DNA from: a virus
Taxonomy: Duplodnaviria; Caudoviricetes
Virus record (IMG/VR): IMGVR_UViG_2862421350_000002
Location: 1-64,000 of that record
Direction: 5' to 3' (one strand)
Length of the DNA: 64,000 nt
The position numbers and the translations under genes were made by a program. Of this stretch, positions 57,954 to 64,000 are shown piece by piece (positions within the stretch are counted from its first letter, which is position 1; each line of letters starts with the position of its first letter). Under the pieces are notes generated by a model. The model saw nothing but the letters and a program-made list of their open reading frames with translations, searched no databases and was not told where the DNA came from.

Positions 57954-58487
57954 ATGCCCAAGCACGAGGACGCCAACCTCACCGCCGTACGCAACACGGT
58001 CAGCGAGAACATCAGCTTCTCCGAGGCTGCGAACCTGTCCGAGACCCCCGACACCCTCACCGACGCCCTTCACGCGCAGGCTCTCCTCCAGGCCGCCCGC
58101 ATCGTCACCGCCACAGCCACTCCGGGCAGTTCACTGACCGAGGTAGTCGAAGGGGTCGTGCGTGCACTTCACCGAGAAGCCGCCCGCCTGACCGCACCTG
58201 AGGCCGCTGGCACCGCCGACCCGAACCTCGCGGCCATGGAGAAGGCGTCCCGGGAGCTGTCCCCCGCACTTAGGCAGTCACGCGCGCAGCTAGCCGACGA
58301 TGCCGAACGATGCCCGGAGTGCACCACCAGCCTGGCTGCCTACTCCACCCACGAACTCGTCCACGTGCGTATGGAGCCGCGCCCGTTCTGCTCTGGCGAA
58401 TGCGCCATTGAGTTCGACGCCCGTCGCAGCGACGCCGCCGTTTACCACCGAGCCTGGGACGTCGTCCGTAAGGGAGACCGCTCGTGA
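57954..58487 (+). CDS. Hypothetical protein with C-terminal Zn motif
   Basis: AGGAG RBS; CPEC..FCSGEC. Confidence 0.6.
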   Translation: MPKHEDANLTAVRNTVSENISFSEAANLSETPDTLTDALHAQALLQAARIVTATATPGSSLTEVVEGVVRALHREAARLTAPEAAGTADPNLAAMEKASRELSPALRQSRAQLADDAERCPECTTSLAAYSTHELVHVRMEPRPFCSGECAIEFDARRSDAAVYHRAWDVVRKGDRS

Positions 58488-59248
58488 CCCAGCCGAAGAC
58501 GGCTGCCGGGGCGGACCTCGCCCGCCAGGCCCTCGCCGCCTACAAAGCCACCGCACCCAGACAAGGCGCCCCCAAACCCCGCCACCGCGCCCGGCGTGCA
58601 AACCGAGGCGCCGGCCGCGACCCCGTCGGCCTCAGCGGACTCCTCGGCCACCTCAACACCGAACAAGGCTGGGAACTCTCCCTCTCCGCCGGAAGCATCA
58701 CCGACCGGTGGGCCGCCCTGTGCCCCGAACTCGTCGGCCACGTCGAACCTGTCGCCTACGACCCCGACCGAGGACGCCTCGACCTCCGCCCCGCCACCCA
58801 TGCCTACGCCGCCCACCTCCGCCTCCTCGGCGGACAGATCGCCAAGCGCATCAACGACCAGCTCGGCCGCCAGGTCGTCCGCACCATCCGGCCCCTGCCC
58901 GTCGGCCCCATCACCGCCACCCCCGCGGCGGCCGCGCCCGGCCGACCCACCGTGCAACGCCCCATCCGCACCCGGGACACAGCGTGCGACGGGTACAAGG
59001 AAGCCCTCGCCGCGATCCGCCGAGCCGAGAAGCCCACGGTCAACCCGAAGGCCGCTGCGGCGATCGAGCGGCAGAACCAGGCGATGGCCCGCGAGCCCGA
59101 GGGCCAGTTCGCCGACGCCGTTGTCGCGGCCGAGGAAGCAGCCGGCCCGCAGCTGTCCGACTCCGAACGCGCCCGCCAAGCCGCCATCGCCCACAAGCAC
59201 ACCGGCGGCCACACCGCGCCCGTACGACGCGTCTTCGACGTCGCCTGA
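58484..59248 (+). CDS. dciA: DciA/DUF721 helicase-loader-like protein
   Basis: RDPVGL..GW..RW...LVGHVEP..AYAAHLRLL..I..RIN..LG..VVRTI. Confidence 0.82.
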   Translation: MTQPKTAAGADLARQALAAYKATAPRQGAPKPRHRARRANRGAGRDPVGLSGLLGHLNTEQGWELSLSAGSITDRWAALCPELVGHVEPVAYDPDRGRLDLRPATHAYAAHLRLLGGQIAKRINDQLGRQVVRTIRPLPVGPITATPAAAAPGRPTVQRPIRTRDTACDGYKEALAAIRRAEKPTVNPKAAAAIERQNQAMAREPEGQFADAVVAAEEAAGPQLSDSERARQAAIAHKHTGGHTAPVRRVFDVA

Positions 59249-59268
59249 GTTTTACGGCCGTAAAACTC
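59247..59268. promoter_or_regulatory. parS-like palindrome, copy 1
   Basis: Perfect 22-bp GAGTTTTACGGCCGTAAAACTC upstream of parA. Confidence 0.8.
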
Positions 59269-59366
59269 GCCCCGCCCAGAGCCCTCTCCGAAGACACCCG
59301 ACCGGTCTGACAGACTGCCCCCAGTCCGGAGTACCGGAACATCGGGAAGTATTCGGAGAGAACCAC

Positions 59367-60095
59367 ATGCCCTACATCACTGTGCTCTTGAACAGGAAGG
59401 GCGGAGTGGGCAAATCGCTCATCACCGTCAACCTGGCCGCCGTCCTCGCCGAGATCGTCGGCGAAGACCAGTCCGTCGCCGTCGTGTCGATAGACCCCCA
59501 GGCCACCAGCGTCGAGCACGCCGAAGAAGTCCGGAAGCAGGGCCGCGAAGTCCCCTTCCGCGTCGTCAACGCCAGCCGCAACGTCGAGCAGCTCCGCAAG
59601 CTCCGACGCGCCAAGGCCGACTTCGTCATCGTCGACACCCCCGGCTTCATGCCCCTCAACGAGGAAGAGGAAGACGACGACTCGATCGACCCCCTCGGCG
59701 ACGGCACCGTCGGAGACGCCCTCCGCGCCGTCCTCGACGTAGCCGACGACGTCATCGTCCCCCTCGAAGCCGAAGGGTCCGCCTTCCGCCCCACCCGCAC
59801 CACCATCGAACGCGTCCTCATGCCCCGGCAGATCCCCTACGGCGTCGTCGTCAACAACTGGGATCCCCGCGACGGCGAGATCGACCGCGACCGGACCATC
59901 AGCATGGTCAAGAAGCGCGGCTGGAACCTCTACAACACGACGCTCCGCCACTACAAGCCCCACACCCGCGGCATCACCAACGGACGCTTCTGCACCCAGT
60001 ACGAGTCCAACCACACCGCCACCAAGGCCAAGCAGGACTTCGTCGCCCTCGCCCTCGAGCACCAGATCCGCCGCCAGAAGCAGGCGACCCTCTGA
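59367..60095 (+). CDS. parA: Partition ATPase
   Basis: NRKGGVGKS, IDPQ, VDTPG. Confidence 0.95.
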   Translation: MPYITVLLNRKGGVGKSLITVNLAAVLAEIVGEDQSVAVVSIDPQATSVEHAEEVRKQGREVPFRVVNASRNVEQLRKLRRAKADFVIVDTPGFMPLNEEEEDDDSIDPLGDGTVGDALRAVLDVADDVIVPLEAEGSAFRPTRTTIERVLMPRQIPYGVVVNNWDPRDGEIDRDRTISMVKKRGWNLYNTTLRHYKPHTRGITNGRFCTQYESNHTATKAKQDFVALALEHQIRRQKQATL

Positions 60096-61240
60096 TGGCG
60101 ATGAACCCCAACGAGTTCGACGACTTCCTCGAGGACGACGACGCCCCCGACCACGTCATCGACACCCGGGCCGACGGCCGGCTCCTCCGTGTCCCCCTCG
60201 GCCGCATCTCGCCGAACCTCGTGAACCCGCGGAAAGACTTCGGCACCGAAGACGACCTCAAGGACTTCGGGCGCAGCCTGAAGCGCCGACAAATCCAGGC
60301 CGTCCCCGTCGTGACCCGCAAGGCGTACCTCAACCTCTGGCCCGACCACAAAGACGGAATCGGCAACGTCGACGTCGTCATCGTCAGCGGGGAGCGCCGC
60401 TACCGCGGAGCCAGCGCCGTAGACCTGCCGGCGCTCGAGTGCGTCATCAACGACGGGTACGCCGAGTCCCGCAAGACGTTCCTCGACGCGGTCGTCTCGG
60501 AGAACATCGACCGGCAGAACTTCGACGCCATCGAGGAAGCCAACGCCGTCGAGGTCCTCGTCGAAGCGTTCGGCACCGCCCGGGCAGTGGCCGAGCACTA
60601 CGAACGGGTCGACGGCTGGGTATCGCAACGCCGGATCCTGCTCCGCCTCGCCCCCGAAGCGCAGGAGCTCGTGCGCCGCCAGAGCATGCCGCTCGACGCG
60701 GCACGCAAGCTCGGCAAGCTCGTCAAGGACTACCAGTGGTCCGCCTCGGACCAGTTGCAGTGGTGGGAGGACGAACAGCAGGAGCGAGCGAAGAAGGCGG
60801 CGGCGAAGAAGGCGGCCCGCGCTGCGGAGCGAAAGGCCGCCGCTCAGGCCGCTCCGATGCCACCGAGTTTTACGGCCGTAAAACCGGTTGGTGTGGCACC
60901 GGCCCCGGACCCGGGCATTCCGCAGCGCGTCGAGCCGGAGCAGAGCAGCCCCGCCCCGACACCGGACCCGGCCCCGGCCGCTCTTCCGGTTCAACGGGAG
61001 ACGGCACCCTCGCCGACTCCAACACCATCAGAGGCCCCACTCAACGTTGCCACGCCCGCAGTGAGACCGACAGGACCCATTCGGCAGTCCGTAGCCGCTG
61101 AGCCCTCTGTCCGGGTGCAGCAGCTGCCGACGCACGACTGGCAGCAGCTCGCGGACATCGTCATCGCCGAACTCCCCCGAGCAGCACTGCAAAACCTGAC
61201 CGAGCGACTCCTCGAGGCGGCTACAAGCCGTTCCGCCTGA
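60095..61240 (+). CDS. parB: Partition protein (CTPase type)
   Basis: NPRKDF, GERRYR, ENIDRQN, HTH. Confidence 0.95.
   Translation: MAMNPNEFDDFLEDDDAPDHVIDTRADGRLLRVPLGRISPNLVNPRKDFGTEDDLKDFGRSLKRRQIQAVPVVTRKAYLNLWPDHKDGIGNVDVVIVSGERRYRGASAVDLPALECVINDGYAESRKTFLDAVVSENIDRQNFDAIEEANAVEVLVEAFGTARAVAEHYERVDGWVSQRRILLRLAPEAQELVRRQSMPLDAARKLGKLVKDYQWSASDQLQWWEDEQQERAKKAAAKKAARAAERKAAAQAAPMPPSFTAVKPVGVAPAPDPGIPQRVEPEQSSPAPTPDPAPAALPVQRETAPSPTPTPSEAPLNVATPAVRPTGPIRQSVAAEPSVRVQQLPTHDWQQLADIVIAELPRAALQNLTERLLEAATSRSA
60865..60884. promoter_or_regulatory. parS-like palindrome, copy 2 (inside parB)
   Basis: GAGTTTTACGGCCGTAAAAC. Confidence 0.8.
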
Positions 61241-61248
61241 CCCAACAG

Positions 61249-61293
61249 AACCGGCCCCGCCCTCACCATCACGGTGCGGGCGGGGCCGGTTTC
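61249..61293 (+). terminator. Terminator after parB
   Basis: AACCGGCCCCGCC...GGCGGGGCCGGTTT. Confidence 0.75.
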
Positions 61294-61885
61294 GTGTGCG
61301 GTCGGTTTCGGTCGCATTCCGGCACCTTGCCGGGGTTTTTCGGTCACACGTCCGAGTGACTCCACGACCCGCCCCTTCCCACCTGCGGCCGGTCGTGACT
61401 TGGCTGGAAACGCCGTGCGCCCAAACCGGGTACGGCAGCAGGGGCAGGGGCGCCCCCGCCCGGGTTCGCAGCACCCCTGCCCCTGCCCCAGCTCTCACCA
61501 GGAACCTTGCCCAACGCATTCCGCTGACGAGAGCCGAGGTCTACAATCGCCATCATCTGATGGGCATGCCCCGTGAGGTCTCAAGCCCCCGCAAGACCGG
61601 AAGCTGGCGTCGGCGAAAGCACCAGCCCCCGACCGCGGGGGCTTCCTCATGCCCACACCCAGACAGCAGCACGACCCTCCCGGACACCTGACCAAGGACT
61701 GGCCGGGACCCTACCCCAGCAGGGGCGCACCGGTATCAAAATCCAGACCTGCCTTACCCACGTGGCCAAATCAGTGTCACAGTGAACATCCCCCGGTATA
61801 GGCCACCGGCAGCCAGCCGGGGGAGGCCGCACGGACTGCGATCGTGTGGTCGCCCTTCCCAATGCCGGAGGAGCGGAGACGCCCC

Positions 61886-62293
61886 ATGCCCTCATCAGTC
61901 GAGCCCGCCCCCACCACGGGCCACCACACACCCGGGCCCCCAGGCCCCGACACCACGCGCCCGCCTGGCGATACGTCCAACCGGGTCATCCCGTTCGGCC
62001 GGCGCACCACCCGCACCGGGCGCGGCCGCCGCACCCCGCAGCCCGCCCTGCCGGAACGCGTCGTCGCCCCAGACAGCCCTCAGCAGCGCCTCGCCGAAAC
62101 CGCCGAAGCATGGTTCCTCGCCCGCGGCGCCACCCTGACCGACGAGACGACCGCCGACACCTACCGGGCCACCCTCGACCTGGTGCAGCTCATGATCGAC
62201 GGATCCCGCGCCGAGAACCTTGTCGGCGAGGACGAACACCAGACCCTGACCGGCATGATGCGCGGCCTCCGAGACACCCCCGACGTGCTGTGA
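61886..62293 (+). CDS. Hypothetical protein
   Basis: GGAG RBS, codon bias. Confidence 0.6.
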   Translation: MPSSVEPAPTTGHHTPGPPGPDTTRPPGDTSNRVIPFGRRTTRTGRGRRTPQPALPERVVAPDSPQQRLAETAEAWFLARGATLTDETTADTYRATLDLVQLMIDGSRAENLVGEDEHQTLTGMMRGLRDTPDVL

Positions 62294-62513
62294 ATATGCC
62301 AACCACCAATGCGGTTCGATGGGTGGCGACTCGACCACAGTCACACACAGCCCGTTGATCACTTAGCACTTTCTGTTCAACACGGGACCAATACGTGCCA
62401 TCATGGGCGTCCGGAACTACCCGGAGTCACACTCTCCGGCCACCGGCGCGCGCCCCGGCCCCACACCGCACGCCCCGCGCCCCCGGCCGGTTTCCAACGG
62501 GATCGGGGACACC

Positions 62514-63050
62514 ATGCTGGGAGACGACACCACCACCGAACGTAGACTCCGGCTCCTCCAGGCGGAGTTTACCCAGCTTGAGCAACGCGGGCCCGGTGAC
62601 GGGCGCACCGCCACCCGCACCGAATCACCCGCACCCCTCAACCTCGCCGTCATCGACCGCATCCGCGCCGCTGTGTACGAGGTCGAAACCCACACCCGCG
62701 CCGCCGTGCCCGACGCCGGCCCCCTCCCGGCGGACGCCGCCCGCGTCTACGACTGGGCACGCCAGCACACCGCAGACCTCGAGCCTCAACGCCAGCAGGC
62801 CCGCGAGACCCTGATCTACCGACAAGGCCTCGAGCACGCCATCGAGATGGGTGACGCCAGCGTCATCCGCAAGCACCCCTGCCCCGGCTGCGGATGCTGG
62901 GGACTCATCTGGCGGCCCGCCGCCCACCGCGCCGCCTGCGTCAACCGGTACTGCGTGGACCACGACGGGCTCTCCCACACCTGGCCACTCAAGACGCTCG
63001 CCCACCACCACGTCGCCCGCCAATTCGCCACGAAGACCAGCGCAACCTGA
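62514..63050 (+). CDS. Zn-ribbon protein, possible late regulator
   Basis: CPGCGC..CVNRYC. Confidence 0.65.
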   Translation: MLGDDTTTERRLRLLQAEFTQLEQRGPGDGRTATRTESPAPLNLAVIDRIRAAVYEVETHTRAAVPDAGPLPADAARVYDWARQHTADLEPQRQQARETLIYRQGLEHAIEMGDASVIRKHPCPGCGCWGLIWRPAAHRAACVNRYCVDHDGLSHTWPLKTLAHHHVARQFATKTSAT

Positions 63051-63183
63051 CCGCCCTCCCGACGGTCAAACAACCAGCACCCCCCGCAACAACCTCATCA
63101 CGCACAACCCTCACGGGCCCACCAGCCCACCCCGTGTCGGCCGCCGGAGCTGCGAACGATGGCCGCCCGACCCCGGGAGCACC

Positions 63184-63441
63184 ATGGCCGTCGAGCACTT
63201 CGTCCCTCACCCGGCACCGAACGACCTGATGCCCCTGCCGGCCATCTACGACCTCCTCCAGGACACCGGTCATCCCGCGTCCGAGTCAACGATCCGCCGG
63301 TGGATCGCCCAGGCGGAGGCCCGCGGTGAGGCCATGTACGTCGAGCGCCGGCTGTCCTTCGCCGGGCGCCGGCGGGATCTCGTGTCCGTCTCCGACATCC
63401 TGATGGCTCACCGTGACTGGGTGAACGGCACCGTGCCCTGA
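63184..63441 (+). CDS. Small HTH (Xis/MerR-like) protein
   Basis: SESTIRRWI. Confidence 0.65.
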   Translation: MAVEHFVPHPAPNDLMPLPAIYDLLQDTGHPASESTIRRWIAQAEARGEAMYVERRLSFAGRRRDLVSVSDILMAHRDWVNGTVP

Positions 63442-63463
63442 CTGGGCGTCACCCGCAGAGACC

Positions 63464-63500
63464 AGCCCTCACCCCTTTCCCCCGGGGGTGGGGGCTTTCT
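63464..63500 (+). terminator. Terminator
   Basis: AGCCCTCACCCC...GGGGTGGGGGCTTTCT. Confidence 0.65.
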
Positions 63501-63517
63501 CATGCCATCACCCCGAA

Positions 63518-63550
63518 CGTATTGCATAGCAATACGAGAATGGGTACTGT
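63518..63550 (+). promoter_or_regulatory. Promoter with palindromic operator
   Basis: CGTATTGC-ATA-GCAATACG; TTGCAT-17-TACTGT. Confidence 0.75.
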
Positions 63551-63608
63551 GGTGTCACCGGAAGGGAGAACACCCCCACCGGACCACCACCCCAACCAGG
63601 AGGCCGCC

Positions 63609-63962
63609 ATGGGCCACGCCGTGATGACGCACGCCCCCAACCGGGCCACCACCGTCAACTACGCCGACCTCACCGCCCTCGCACAGGACGCCTTCGACCA
63701 CCACATGGAGCAGGCCGACAACGCCCGCACCAACACCGACTACCGCCAGGCCATGACCTGCGCCGCCCTCACCGCCGGAATCCCCCTCCCCACCGGAGGC
63801 GAGATCGCCCTCTGCGCCTGCCCCAACTGCTGGGACTGCGACCGCATCTTCAACGCCAACGACCCCGACGCCCACCCCTTCGGGCAGTCCACCGGCTACA
63901 ACCTCGGCCGCATCCAGTGCCCCCACTGCACCGACGCGCACCGCGCGACCGACGAGCAGTAA
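63609..63962 (+). CDS. Zn-binding hypothetical protein
   Basis: AGGAGG RBS; CACPNC..C..CPHC. Confidence 0.7.
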   Translation: MGHAVMTHAPNRATTVNYADLTALAQDAFDHHMEQADNARTNTDYRQAMTCAALTAGIPLPTGGEIALCACPNCWDCDRIFNANDPDAHPFGQSTGYNLGRIQCPHCTDAHRATDEQ

Positions 63963-64000
63963 CCCACCGGCCCCCGCTCCTGCCAACCGCGACGTGGCAG

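Larger units (their letters stand above)
1..64000. mobile_element. Conjugative siphovirus-like phage-plasmid, extending beyond the window
   Basis: Virion and lysis operon, ParAB/parS with Rep, and TraB/GntR transfer module on one contiguous element with no host genes. Confidence 0.88.

Overview
High-GC actinobacterial (Streptomyces-type) mobile element; no host housekeeping, rRNA, tRNA or CRISPR features were seen. The window is most of a siphovirus-like phage-plasmid that also appears conjugative. Modules in order: (1) a lytic-type replicon with DnaB and an initiator carrying internal iterons (0.2-3.4 kb); (2) a GntR/KorSA-TraR-type repressor and a divergent transfer operon with Spd-like proteins, a TraA-like pair and an FtsK-type TraB (3.5-14.3 kb); (3) a head-tail-lysis operon whose TerL has two LAGLIDADG inteins, one of class 3, and a -1 frameshifted tail chaperone (15.5-43.2 kb); (4) an ~11.9 kb early/regulatory block bounded by a 39/40-bp inverted repeat, encoding a Cre-like recombinase with a lox-like site, a probably inactive recombinase with an inserted LacI-like HTH, a six-HTH protein, WYL, RHH, ERF and WhiB proteins (43.2-55.2 kb); (5) a plasmid replicon with Rep, internal DnaA boxes, DciA, ParAB and parS (56.5-61.2 kb). 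The best novelty candidate is the inverted-repeat-bounded, possibly invertible block and its recombinase pair. All calls come from reading motifs by eye; no database searches were run.
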